Origin: an uncultured delta proteobacterium
GTDB lineage: Bacteria > Desulfobacterota > Zymogenia > Zymogenales > Zymogenaceae
Direction of reading: 5' to 3'
DNA: 64,000 nucleotides
NCBI GenBank assembly: GCA_963792965.1
Contig: CAWBYW010000007.1
Location: 544,001-608,000 of the forward strand
Part shown: one piece after another, positions 19,625 to 35,745 of the stretch
Layout: every line of letters begins with the position of its first letter
How positions within the stretch are numbered: position 1 is the stretch's first letter
Translations under genes and position numbers: made by a program
The notes under the pieces: generated by a model
What the model was told of the DNA's origin: nothing
The model's database searches: none
Seen by the model: the letters and a program-made list of their open reading frames with translations, nothing else

Positions 19625-20203
19625 TCAGATCTCCACGCCACGCAGGCCCTGGAGGAATTTTTCGACGTCCTGTCTGCTCTTGGGGAGGATCAGCGTGCCG
19701 ATCGCGGTGCCTTTCTTGACGTTATCCTGATTGTAGAGGTCGATCTGGTACCTGAGATAATATTTGCCGCGCTTGATGTACCGATCATACGGCTTCATCT
19801 TTATATGGATCACCTCGCCGACGCGGAAATTCTCGTAGATCTCCATGATCTGTCCGGGATTGCGCGCGCCGGGCGTCCTGATCCAGTTGCCGCGCCCCTT
19901 GGTCCCGATGCACCAGAAGATGATCTGCGTCGCGAAAACGGGGTGCGGGACGAGCCCGCCGTACGGGGATTTCTTCGCATACTCCTCATCTTTCATCAGG
20001 GGATTGTCGTCCATGACCGCCTCGGCGTAGTAGGTGATATCCTCGGCCTTCACCTCATAGGTCTGTTCCCCGTCGACCTCCTTGATGTGAGAAAAATCGA
20101 TCTCGTCCCACACCTCGTAGTCCTCGGCGTCTTTGAAGAAGTCCGTGTCAAATAACCTCTGTTTCTCGGTCTTGATATAGGGGCTGAAATCTATCTTACC
20201 CAT
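19625..20203 (-). CDS. MaoC-like dehydratase, N-terminal-type subunit
   Basis: YAEAVMDDNPL..YAKKSPYGGLVPHP. Confidence 0.75.
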   Translation of the reverse strand: MGKIDFSPYIKTEKQRLFDTDFFKDAEDYEVWDEIDFSHIKEVDGEQTYEVKAEDITYYAEAVMDDNPLMKDEEYAKKSPYGGLVPHPVFATQIIFWCIGTKGRGNWIRTPGARNPGQIMEIYENFRVGEVIHIKMKPYDRYIKRGKYYLRYQIDLYNQDNVKKGTAIGTLILPKSRQDVEKFLQGLRGVEI

Positions 20204-20244
20204 ATGTCATCTCCTCCGCCCTTATCGGGCCATCGGGTCCCCAT

Positions 20245-20682
20245 TTAATCGGGAAATACTACCTCGGTCGTGCAGACCCCCAAGAGCATCCCTTCCTGGT
20301 TCTCCGCCTTCAGCTCTACCACGACATAGTTCTTCCCGGGACAGATCACGTGCTTTTCCGAGATGATGCCTATGCACCGGACGGTCCAGCCGGCCAGCAC
20401 CGGCCAGATGAGCTTTGAGTTCATCTTCGTGATCTTAAGCCCGTTGGGATAGGCCCAATTGCTCACCACCGATAGCATGAACGAGATCGTCATCATCCCG
20501 TGTCCCACGGTCTGTGGGATCCCGAAGGGCTGGGCGGTTGCCACCCACTCCGGATCGCAGTGAACCGGATTGTAATCGAGAGACGCCGCCGCGAACCTCC
20601 AGAACGTTTCCTGCGTGACGTGTCTCTCAATAGGGGCAAGCTCGTCCCCCACGTTAACCGAATCGAAGGTCATCGCGCTCAT
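20245..20682 (-). CDS. MaoC family dehydratase
   Basis: FAAASLDYNPVH...VGHGM; RBS GGAGG. Confidence 0.85.
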   Translation of the reverse strand: MSAMTFDSVNVGDELAPIERHVTQETFWRFAAASLDYNPVHCDPEWVATAQPFGIPQTVGHGMMTISFMLSVVSNWAYPNGLKITKMNSKLIWPVLAGWTVRCIGIISEKHVICPGKNYVVVELKAENQEGMLLGVCTTEVVFPD

Positions 20683-20914
20683 ACGCACCTCCCTATGGTA
20701 TTTTTGTCTCGGGATTTGTGCATGACAAGAGACGGTTTCCCGTGCGTATAAATTACCACCTGCCGCTCTTATTCGCAATTCATTTCATCCGCGACTGAAT
20801 TCTCAATGACACCGTCCGACGGGGCCGCTCCCGCCGGCCCATCTTCGTCTAGAACGTGGCCCCCCATACTACACGCCAGCGGATAACTGACACCCGTAGC
20901 CGAACCTACCCGCC

Positions 20915-21302
20915 GGACACCACAAGTGGTGTCCCTACAAGAACAATACGGATATAGGAAGAAGCCGTAGGGATGCGACTTGTCGTGTCCGCTGAATAAC
21001 GCGAAAAACGCCGGGCGGCATATATGCCACCCCTACGGATTGCCACCCCGTAAATGCACGCATTTACGGGGGCCCCGACGGGAGCGAACGGACGCATCGC
21101 ATGGCGGCCTTACGGGTCCTTACGCGAAACCGCCTTACGCTTCGTAGAGGCACAACACCTCGCGTCCTCCGATTTCTTCCTCATAGTCAGGGGATTGCCG
21201 CGCTCCCTGGGTCGCTCGCAATGACTGCTAAGCAGATAGTACCCCTTCCTTCTCTCTTTCTCCCACCGGGGCCCCCAGGAAATCGAAGATTTCCTGGGGT
21301 GG
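20915..21302. repeat. Cluster of REP-like palindromes (families A, B and C)
   Basis: A copies at 20915-20938, 20967-20990, 21013-21036; B at 21191-21225; C at about 21244-21302. Confidence 0.75.
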
Positions 21303-21316
21303 TGTTGGGGTGGCAT

Positions 21317-21348
21317 AAAAAAACCCCCGTCGGTTCCCCGACGGGGGC
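21317..21348 (-). terminator. rRNA operon terminator
   Basis: Minus strand CCCCCGTCGG-GGAA-CCGACGGGGG followed by a T-run, directly after 5S. Confidence 0.8.
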
Positions 21349-21358
21349 ACAAATTAAA

Positions 21359-21475
21359 TTCGGCGGCGACCTACTCTCCCACGTAGTTACCCGCGCAGTA
21401 CCATCGGCTCTGAAGGGCTTAACTTCTCTGTTCGGGATGGGAAGAGGTGTTTCCCCTTCGAAAAAGCCACCGAAA
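21359..21475 (-). rRNA. rrf: 5S rRNA
   Basis: Plus strand reads CGGCGGCGACCTACTCTCCCAC...GTTCGGGATGGGAAGAGGTGT, the reverse complement of 5S; ends approximate. Confidence 0.95.
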
Positions 21476-21589
21476 ACTGTTTATTCTGTTATGTTTTTAA
21501 AGAACACACGACCCATCGCACAAGGTCTTTGAGAATCGCATAGAGTCGCCGGTCAAAAGAACCGACAGGTAAAAGAAAAGAAAATGGGA

Positions 21590-24601
<3,012 letters not shown>

Positions 24602-24858
24602 ATCCCGCTTAAATCGCATGATTACATACATTTGATAAAAGCGAGTTCAACGCATCCCACGTTATGCAAAACACTTTCATGTCTTGCGGCAAAAATACGG
24701 TTCTCTATCCCAGCGTTTGATACTCTATGCGATTGTCAAAGATCTTGTGCCCACAACAGGGTCGTTATCGAGCGAGCCCGGGTTTTATCCCGGTCCCCTT
24801 CTTTCATTGTCGATTTTCAGCGGAAAAGAGAGACACCTCCGACGTTTCTTGTCGGAAC

Positions 24859-24934
24859 TGGTGGAGGTGAACGGATTCGAACCGATGACCCCCTGCGTGC
24901 AAAGCAGGTGCTCTCCCAGCTGAGCTACACCCCC
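24859..24934 (-). tRNA. tRNA-Ala(TGC)
   Basis: GGGGGTGTAGCTCAG...TTTGCAC...TTCGAATCC...CCA, 76 nt. Confidence 0.97.
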
Positions 24935-25105
24935 GTAATCATCGTCTTAACGTGGCCGCATAGGCTCCCCTCCGTCCGGCCCACCCGTCTCTCCGCTGTC
25001 CGCTCTCTCCAATGGGTCAGCCTCCCATTCAGCTTCTCTGTGCCTTTTCGGCCGTATCGTCATGGGGTAAACAACTGGCTGCCCCATTCCCGGTTTCGGC
25101 GAAAG

Positions 25106-25182
<77 letters not shown>

Positions 25183-25387
25183 AAAGATATTTATAGAGGG
25201 TTGAAATCACTTAAGACACCTCTTTTGAGGCCTTCTTTGGGCCGTACGTGATAAGGTCAAAGGTTTTTCCCTCTTTTCCGTTTTAAAGAACATCAGGAGG
25301 GAAGTCCCTCCCTTTTGGGCCTTTGGGAACCGAATGGTGGGTAGGTTGCTCGTGGTGGTCGACCTGGATAACTTTCACTGTGGAAAG

Positions 25388-26945
<1,558 letters not shown>

Positions 26946-27084
26946 AATCTGCTCGAAGGCGGTAAACCGCCTTATCGTTCAAAGAAAAAGACGAAAAGAC
27001 ACCACAAGCTCCCTTCCCCACTATTCAGTTCTCAAAGACCCAAAACGAAGCCACATCAGGCTTACGTGTTTTCACAATTTTTCG

Positions 27085-27113
27085 ATTATAGGTATCTACG
27101 ATTTCTTTGTCAA
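27085..27113 (-). promoter_or_regulatory. rRNA promoter P2
   Basis: Perfect TTGACA-17 nt-TATAAT on the minus strand. Confidence 0.85.
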
Positions 27114-27233
27114 GGAAAAAATCACCGGACCCATCATTTTTCTTTCCCGCCGGCCCTGCTCTCCTTCCCCTCGCTCATCCTTCCCATCCACCCCATTTCA
27201 CCATTGCGGGCGCCACGTTCAGGCACATTTTTA

Positions 27234-27262
27234 AGGATATCCCTCTGTACAGGAAATGTCAA
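27234..27262 (-). promoter_or_regulatory. rRNA promoter P1
   Basis: TTGACA-17 nt-TATCCT on the minus strand with AT-rich upstream sequence. Confidence 0.7.
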
Positions 27263-27469
27263 GGAAAATATGAAATCAATCTCGCGAGTCATGGTTGACC
27301 CACCCGCAGACACCGTACACGGCCGTGGACCGATAGAACGAATGCCCTTCAACTGCACGTTTTGTGCCGCTCAACGTCGTCCCACGTGCCCCGAAAAATT
27401 CGACGTAGCCTCCCTTTTTCGTCATCAAGTCCTTGACTTACACCACTGCCTGTCATAGAATGGCGCACT

Positions 27470-28336
27470 ATGAAAACATATAATATTACAGACACACGAA
27501 ATCGATGGGCGGTTCCCCGTCTTTTTGTCGCGTTCGCCATTGTTACGGCCGTCTCTCTTTGGCTGCCGCATGCCTCACGCGCCGCCGAGGAGAACGCCCT
27601 AACCCTCCTCAACGAGGGATCGGCGCTCATCGAGCAGGGGAAATACTCCGATGCAGTCGACGTCTTGACGCGCGCCTCCAAGGCGCAGTTTCCCAAGGAA
27701 TATGAGCTGGATTCGAACTACAGTCTCATCTATACCAACCGTGGGATGGCCTATTATCATCTCGGCTTTGTCGACGAGGCGCTGGCCGACTACGAGACCG
27801 CCCTTTCGCTGGATCCAAAGAACGCCGAATCGCTCAACAACCGGGGCGTCATCAAGGAAAAGAAGGGCGACATTGCGGGCGCACTGAATGATTATTCCGC
27901 GGCCATCGAGGCCAATGCCATGTCACCCTCGGCCTATATCAATCGGGCCTCGCTGCTCATCTCCATGAAGAAAGATGCCGATGCCCTCAAAGACCTCAAT
28001 AACTATATTCTCCTGGTCGCCGATAACCCCGATGTCTACAACCTGAGAGGGAAAATATACCTCGACACCGGGAAATACGAGCTTGCAGCCGCGGATTTTA
28101 ACCGGGCGCTTTTCCTCAAGCCCGATGACCGCGACGCCTCGGTAAATATCGGGAGGGTCTACCTGGCAACGAAGGACTACGCCAAGGCCGAGGAGATCTT
28201 CTCCCGGGCGCTGGCGAAAAACCCCGACGACGCCGAGGTTTATGCCCTTCGGGCGAGGGCCCGGGACGGGGTCGGTAATAAATCCGGCGCCGAGGCCGAT
28301 AGAAAAAAGGCAAAGGAGATTAACCCGAATCTGTAG
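27470..28336 (+). CDS. Secreted TPR repeat protein
   Basis: Signal peptide followed by multiple TPRs (YTNRGMAY, LNNRGVIK, YINRA, YNLRG). Confidence 0.88.
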   Translation: MKTYNITDTRNRWAVPRLFVAFAIVTAVSLWLPHASRAAEENALTLLNEGSALIEQGKYSDAVDVLTRASKAQFPKEYELDSNYSLIYTNRGMAYYHLGFVDEALADYETALSLDPKNAESLNNRGVIKEKKGDIAGALNDYSAAIEANAMSPSAYINRASLLISMKKDADALKDLNNYILLVADNPDVYNLRGKIYLDTGKYELAAADFNRALFLKPDDRDASVNIGRVYLATKDYAKAEEIFSRALAKNPDDAEVYALRARARDGVGNKSGAEADRKKAKEINPNL

Positions 28337-28420
28337 CCGAATAATCGAATTGGATCATCCGGCTCAACACGTCATTCAACAGCTTTTGGCGTAGATCACA
28401 TACCGACAAAGGAGGTTTCC

Positions 28421-28627
28421 ATGGCAGGACAGCAGACAGGGGGTCAGTCTGGCGGCGCATCCGGCGCAGGCAGCAGCCTCGGCCGCTTCTTCTCCCGCCC
28501 AAGCTCAACAGGTGGTGAGAAGAAGGGTGGCTGTTGCGGCAATATTCTTGGCATCATCGTGGTCTTGATTATCGCAGCCGTCCTGATTGCCTACTTTCTG
28601 TTCAGGGGATGCACCAACATGTTTTAG
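28421..28627 (+). CDS. Small Gly-rich single-TM protein
   Basis: Strong RBS AAGGAGG; KKGGCCG followed by a hydrophobic helix. Confidence 0.65.
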   Translation: MAGQQTGGQSGGASGAGSSLGRFFSRPSSTGGEKKGGCCGNILGIIVVLIIAAVLIAYFLFRGCTNMF

Positions 28628-28824
28628 CCGTAGCCTTGCCGCGTGACCGCACCGGCTTTCCCTGGGCGGTCGCGTATCTGAGGACTTACACCATGGTAAG
28701 TCCTCTTTTTTATTGACGTGCCGCGACGGGGATTGACTTTCGCCTTACGGCACGGTAGAGTATCTATCAACGGCGCTGTCTGAAGCGACAGCCGTCCACA
28801 AACGCGGTAAGGGAGAGAGAAGAA

Positions 28825-28962
28825 ATGATCGGTCTTTTCGAGCTTATTATTATCCTGTTAATCGTCGGCATCGTGATCGGGGCGGTGCTTGGCTTCATCA
28901 TCGCCGCACGGCACTTCGCCCGGAAACGTGAAAAGAATCAACACGGCGCACGCGAGAAGTAA
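28825..28962 (+). CDS. 45-aa single-TM microprotein (not in ORF track)
   Basis: Purine-rich RBS; [45 protein letters not shown]; stop lies 4 nt before ppcA. Confidence 0.6.
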   Translation: MIGLFELIIILLIVGIVIGAVLGFIIAARHFARKREKNQHGAREK

Positions 28963-28966
28963 ATCG

Positions 28967-30431
28967 ATGGTTACTATCCCCCGGTGCATGAGCACCCAGC
29001 ACCCCGACAACGTCAACACGCCCTTCTTCGCCGAGAGCACGGAGATCGGGGGCGAGGACGAGATCCAGGAGGCCTATTACGCCTACTCGCACCTGCTGTG
29101 CGACGAGCAGATGTGGGACTGCGAAGGCAAGGAGGTCGACAACTACGTCGTCAAGAAGCTCCTCTCGAAATATGACTACCTTTTTCAAAGAGCAACGGCT
29201 CGGCAGCGACCTCTTCCTGACCCTGCGCGTCCCCAACCCGACCGTGGAAAAAACGGAGGCCAAGATCCTCCTGGAGACGCTGGAGAGCATCCCGCGCTCG
29301 TTCGACACCGCCAAGCTCTTCTACGGCGATGACATCGCCCCGATCTTCGAGGTCATCCTCCCCATGACGGCGTCGGCCCGGTGCATAGACCGGATCTACC
29401 GCTACTACGCCGATTACGTCATCGGCAAGAAAGACAGGCCCTTTCGCGAGGGCGACATCACCATCAGCGAGTGGATCGGAGAGTTCGGGCCCGAGAGGAT
29501 CAACGTCATCCCGCTTTTCGAGGATCGGGACAATATGCTCGGCGCGCCCGCCATGGTCAGGGAGTACCTTGCCGACAAGCCGGACGTGACGCACCAGCGC
29601 GTCTTCCTGGCCCGCTCGGACCCGGCGATGAACTACGGCCTGGTGGCCGCCGTCCTCCTCAACAAGATGGCCCTGGCGCGGCTCGACACTCTGTCCAAAG
29701 AAATCGGAGTGGCCATCTACCCGATCGTCGGGGTGGGATCGGCGCCGTTTCGAGGAAACCTGACCCCGACGACCGTCCAGAGGGTGATCAGAGAATACCC
29801 GGGCGCCCATACCTTCACGATCCAGTCGTCGTTCAAATACGACCACCCACCGGAAGCGGTCATCAAGGCGGTTTCGCAGCTCAAAAACCGCAAGACGACC
29901 CGGCCCACGCCGCTGGACGAGAAGCGGTGCCTTGCCCTTATCGACCGCTATTCCGACCGGTTCCGGGAAGAGGTCATGCGGCTGGCTCCGGTCATCAACG
30001 AGGCGGCGGCCCACGTCCCCGAGCGGAGAAAGAGAAAGCTCCACATCGGACTTTTCGGCTACTCCCGCGAGATGTCGGGGGTTAAGCTTCCCCGCGCCAT
30101 CAAGTTCACGGCCGCCCTCTACTCGATCGGAATCCCGCCGGAGCTCCTGGGGCTCTCGGCCCTGACGAAGGAGGATCTTGCCCTCGTGCGGGAGTTTTAC
30201 GTCAACTTCGACGACGACATGTGGGATGCCCTGCGCTATTTCAACCCGGACAGCCCCTTCCTTCCCGGCCCGGCCCGCGACCTCCTCGGCTCCTTTTCCG
30301 ATGATTTCGAGGTAAACCACGACCACAAGGTGCTGACCGACCGGATTTCGAGACACCTGAAAGAGAACAGGACCGGAAACGTCGCCGAGCATGTCCTGGC
30401 GGCCGCGCATATCCGGGGGTTCTTGGGATAG
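28967..30431 (+). CDS. ppcA: Archaeal-type phosphoenolpyruvate carboxylase (indel near 29180)
   Basis: [70 protein letters not shown], final RGFLG. Confidence 0.92.
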
Positions 30432-30532
30432 CCGCCTTGCCGTCATCGCGGCGGGTAGAGAGACGGCCGGAAGACGTTCGTCTCAACGCCACCCGCCTCA
30501 TTCAATCGTTTCATTACTTGTGGAGACCTCTC

Positions 30533-31223
30533 ATGTCTAAAACCCTCGGTATGATCGGAGGGCTCTCGCCCGAGTCGACCGTCACCTACTACGAGTACAT
30601 CACCCGGGAGTACAGTAAGAGGACGGGACGCTACCCCGACATCGTCATCCGCTCCGTCGATCTGACGCAATACACCGAGTGGTTTTCCAAGGGACAATGG
30701 GAGCGGGCGGGGCAAGAGATGGCCGCGCGATTTGAAGAGATGCGATCCATCGGGGTCGGGCTTGGCCTGATCTGCGCCAACACCCCCCACCGGGCGCTCC
30801 CCTTTGTGCTTAACGGCACGAGCCTCCCGATCCTTTCGATCGTCGAGGCGACCGCGAGTGCCGTTGCGGAGTCGGGGATGAAAACCGTCGGGCTCCTCGG
30901 GACGGTATTCACCATGAAGGAGGATTTCTATAAGCGGGGACTCTCGGACCGGGGGATCACGCGCGATCGTCCCGATTGATGACGACATCGCGGTGATCAA
31001 CCGCGTTATCTACGAAGAGCTCGTGAAGGGGATCATACGGGAGGAGAGCCGCGACCTCTACCGGGGGATCATCGGGCGCCTTTCGTCGCGGGGAGCTGAG
31101 GGCATCGTCCTCGGCTGCACGGAGACCCCGCTCCTGATCCGGCCGGGTGATGTGGAGATTCCGCTCTTTGACACGACGCTGATCCACGCCGAAGCGGCGC
31201 TCAAGTATCTGTTAGATGCGTGA
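30533..31223 (+). CDS. Aspartate/glutamate racemase family (indel near 30960)
   Basis: GMIGGLSPEST, CANTPH, LGCTE with both catalytic cysteines. Confidence 0.88.
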
Positions 31224-31241
31224 TAAGGACCCCTCTATCAT

Positions 31242-34200
31242 TCATTCTAATAGCACGTCGTTGAGCATTGTGATCAAGACATCAATGTCAAAGGGCTTCT
31301 CGATAAACCTGTTATTGGTGATCCGTAAGAACGACTGCGTGTCCTTGCTCAGGACGTCACCGGTGACGAAGATAATCTTTTCGGCAATCTCGGGATGGTG
31401 CTTCTGTATGTATCCGATACAGCTCCTTTCCGCCTATCCCCGGCATCTTTATGTCCGATATCACCGCGTCGTAGCTTTTCTTCCCCACGAGACTTATGGC
31501 TTCCTCCCCGGTAGAGGCGGCCTCGACGAAGAAGCCGCTGTCGGTAAGGGCCTCCGAGAGAAGGTCCCGGAGTGACGTCTCATCCTCGACCACGAGCACG
31601 CTCCTGACGCCGGGTGGTGTCTTCACCGGGGCTTTGGCCTTTTCAATCACCGGCTCAGCGCCTTCCGTGATCGGAAGCGTCACGACAAACTTCGCCCCTT
31701 TGCCCGACGTGCTTTCCGCCGAGATGACGCCGCCGTGCTCCTTCATGATGCCGTAGGCCATGCTGAGCCCGAGGCCGGTTCCCTTGCCTGTTTCTTTCGT
31801 GGTAAAGAATGGATCGAAGATTTTGTTGATAAGCTCGTCGGGGATACCCGGGCCGTTATCCTCAAGCTCTATCAGGATGGCGTCATCCTTTCTGTACGTT
31901 CTGATAGCCAGCGCGCCTCTTTCCTGAGCGGCAAGCGCATCCCGGGCGTTATTGATGAGGTTTATGAAGACCTGCTGGAGCTGATACGGATCGGCGAACG
32001 TCTCGGGGAGGTCATCGGAAAGAGAGAGTCTGCACATCGATATTGTTTACCTTCAAGATCATATTCCCTGAGCTTGATGCGATTCCATCAGAATATCGTT
32101 GATATTGATCATCTTCCGTTCCGGCTTGTGTTCCCGGGCGAACGCCAGTAGGCCGCCGACGATCTTTGACGATCGTATCGATTCCTTCAGGATAACGTTG
32201 AGTTTGTTTTTGATGTCCTCGGGCACATCCCGTTTTGCAAGCAGCTGCGCGTTTCCGATGATAGCGGTGAGCGGGTTGTTGAGCTCGTGGGCCACGCCGG
32301 AGATCATCGTGCCCACGGCGGAAAGCTTTTCGGTCTGCAGGAGCTGCAGCTCCATCTTCTTCTTTTCGGTGATGTCTTTTGCGGATCCGAAAAAGCCGAT
32401 GGGATTGCCGTGACCGTCCCTTAATAGGCTTACCGTCACCAATGCATCGATTATCCCGCCGTCTTTCTTCCTCATTCTGATCTCTTGGTTCAGCATGTAG
32501 CCGTTTCTAAGAACCTCGGTAATCAGCTTCTGTCTGTCTTCCGGGTCCTCATAGAGATCACCCATTCGTATACCGGGGATCTCCTCGAGAGAATACCCGA
32601 AAAACTCCCGAGCGGCATCGTTGGCGTCGATAACTTTCCCTTCGAGGTTAGAGATGGAGAGAAAGTCCCGGGAGGTCCGAAAAAGGTTGCGGAACTTCTC
32701 TTCGGATTCTCTCAGCGCTTCCTCCGCCTTCTTGCGGTCGGTGATGTCCTGTGCAAAACCTGCCAGGGCGACCACATTGTTGTTTTCGTCAAAAACTGGT
32801 ATCTTATCCGTCTGTATCCATCTCGGGCCGATCGGGGATTCATGTTGCTCTATTATGTCAAGTTTGGGGAAGCCTGATTTTATAACCTCTTGGTCGTCAC
32901 GTGTCATGCCTTCGGCGACCTTTCGAGAGAAAAGATCGAAAACCGTCTTTCCTACAATTTCCTCTTCGGTCTTCTCAAGACCCATGGCAAATCTCTTATT
33001 GACACGTATGAATTTCCCTTCTGTATCGGTATAGAAGATTATAGTTGGCGATGAGTCGAGGATGAGCAGAATATCCTGCCGTTCCTTTTTCAGCGCCTCC
33101 TCCGCATCTTTTCGCTCAGTGATGTCCTGTGCAAAACCTACCAGGCCGATCACGCTGTTATTTCCGCCATAAATTGGTATCTTATCCGTCTGTACCCATC
33201 GTATGCCACCCGCGGATTCATAGTACTCTATTATGTTTAGCTTAGGTCGGCCCGATTCTATAACCTCCTGGTCGTCGACTTTCATCCTTTCGGCAACCTC
33301 GCGAGAGTATAAGTCAAGAACCGTCTTTCCCATGATTTCTTCTTGGGTCATCTTAAGCGACTCGGCAAAGGTCTTGTTGACTCTTACGAATGTCCCTTCT
33401 CTATCTTTATAGAATATTATGACCGGCGATGAATCAAGGATGAGTAAAATGTCCTGCCGTTCTTTCTTCAGCGCTTCCTCCATTCGCCTACGTTCGCTGA
33501 TATCCCGGGCGATGCCGAAAAAGCCCGTCGGCTCACCCGATTTGTTCCGCTTAAGCGATATGGAGGTCTCTATATCTATCGCCATCCCGTCTTTTCTGAT
33601 GAGCCGCCAGTCTGCGGTCTTGGCGGGAATCCCCGTCCGGAATACCTCATTAAACGTCAAAGAGACCTTCTTGGCAATTTTTTTGGCCATATACCGCCGA
33701 TAGTTGAGCCCCACCATCTCTTCTTGATCATACCCGAGCATCTTCCTCATGGACTCGTTGAAGGACGTGAAACTCCCCTTGAGATCGACCTCAAAATAAC
33801 CATCCTCAATGGTATGGAGGATCGTCCGATGCCTTTCCTCGCTCTCCCTCAGCGCCTCCTCGGCCTGCCTTTCCCCGGTAATGTCGGTCAACATACCTGT
33901 CATCCCGACGTGATGGCCGTCCCTCTCAATGGGTCGGCTTGAAGTTCGAACATAATGAATAGAACCATTTTTGTCTATCATTCTGAATTCGTAGGGACGT
34001 AAAGCGCCGCCTAAAGTTTCCATGCGGCTTTGCATGACACCCGGAAGGTCATCAGGATGGATGTATTCAGCAAATGACTTTCCGATAATTTCTTCGGCAC
34101 GGTAGCCGAAAATACTCTCGGCGACAGGGCTCATATAGGTGATATTCCCCTGCGCGTCGAGGTTGAAAACAACATCATTGAGATTTTCCACAAGCAAACG

Positions 34201-35316
34201 GTATTTTTCCTCGCTTCTGCGAAGCAATTTGTTTGCTCTAACCATATATCTCGTTTTCGCCCTAACTTGCACGCGAAGAAGCTGAATAATCCCGACCGAT
34301 AGAAAAAGGAACCCCCCGGTGACGATGATAATCCAGATAAAATAACGCGGCACAACCTGAACCGGGGGTTTTTCCATCCAGCGAGCCAGTGTCTTGTAAT
34401 AGTAGGAATCGGGCTGGCTTCGCCACACAGTCAAATTACGGTCGATGGCGTCAAGAAGCTCGGGATTGCGCCCCTGGGCGGTCGCGAAATATAGCGACGA
34501 CGGGTTAAAGATAATGGGAGTCCTGGTCAGCCCATACTTTTGGAATATATAGTCTCCAATGAAATGGTTGGAAAGCACCGCGTCGGCATAGCCATGAGCC
34601 GCCAGCATGAACGCTTCCTCGTATGTTTTAGCCTCAACGAACGTCACCTTGAATCCAAACCCGTTCATCATCTGCTGGAAAATTTCCTCTTGAATCCCCT
34701 CCTTAAGCACCGCGATCCGCCGTCCGTTCAAGTCGGACAGTGTTTCCACCCGAGTCGATGAGTTGGCATACACCTGCGACCAGCTATCCACAACCGGAGT
34801 CTGATGAAAATCATACTTCTTGTTGCGCTCCCGCGAATACGCGACATCGGGCATCAGGTCAATCCGATGTTCTTCAAGAGCCTCAAGACAGTCAGGCCAT
34901 TCACACGGAATATATACCAGGTTCCACTTCTCTTTCTTGGCAATCTCGTTAAGAAGATCGACGAAGATACCTGAAGGGAGACCTTTTTCATCAATAAAGA
35001 CCTTTGGAGGGTTTTGGTATAGACCAACACGCACCGTGCGGGTGTAGAGCCCGTCGTTATTGATTTCGACCTGATCGTCTCGACGATATTCTCCCGGTGG
35101 TATAGCATTATTGATCCCCGTTTCGAGATCTGAGGAAATCAGGTTCGGCGCGTTTTGGTCGATCGCAAGAAGGCTGGTTTGATTATTTTCCCAAAGGTGG
35201 GTTTCCCGAGCTAAACATGGCGGGCTGCTGTCGACCTGAAAGGCCACGATTGCCATCAATATGGCGGTTATCAGCCGGGAGAGGACTGAGAGGATTAGCT
35301 TCTTCTCGCTGCCCAT
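31242..35316 (-). CDS. Hybrid sensor histidine kinase: extracellular solute-binding domain, TM, 5 PAS, HisKA, HATPase, receiver (split by indels)
   Basis: [48 protein letters not shown] across ORFs 32059..35316, 31357..32037 and a final frame ending at 31242. Confidence 0.88.
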
Positions 35317-35534
35317 CGCTGCCCCTTCTCTTGTGAAGCCCGGGTTCGTTTCATTCGCTATTCACGGCTAACGGTACGCATAGTCCTCAGCGGGCCTGCT
35401 GTGGGCCGGCAATTATGGTTTCGACGCCGTTTCATCAGCGGAAGGCCCAAAACCGCCGCACGCATCCCTGCAACACGGCCGAAAAGCTATCACGGCCTGG
35501 TTAAGCATTCGTTGTATTAATCTTAGGGGCTTGT

Positions 35535-35563
35535 ATTATAACAAGGTGAGACGGAATGGTCAA
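35535..35563 (-). promoter_or_regulatory. Sigma70 promoter of the kinase gene
   Basis: TTGACC-17 nt-TATAAT with an extended -10 TG. Confidence 0.65.
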
Positions 35564-35745
35564 ATTCATAATACTACTGTCCGGAGACAGGCTAATAAAG
35601 CGGACTATGAAAGTCTGGTTTTGTTTTTCTGGAAGATGGTGGCGGTGGCGTTACTATCGAAAGAGTCCCAGGATATCTCTGCGATTTTTGATTAGCGCGT
35701 CAATAGAGTAGACATACGGCCCGACGAGGCCCCAAACCCTCTTCG

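Noticed and set aside
28825-28962. tatA assignment for the microprotein
   Set aside because: No FG hinge or typical amphipathic helix, and no tatC nearby
29151-30446. Long antisense ORFs (also 1956..2879, 38228..39220, 46387..47421, 49702..50550)
   Set aside because: Shadow frames of GC-rich genes whose opposite strand carries clear family motifs
35385-35450. Hammerhead ribozyme core (CUGAUGA...GAAA) on the minus strand
   Set aside because: Stem II is not convincing and no stem III or NUH cleavage triplet follows; kept only as a possible leader
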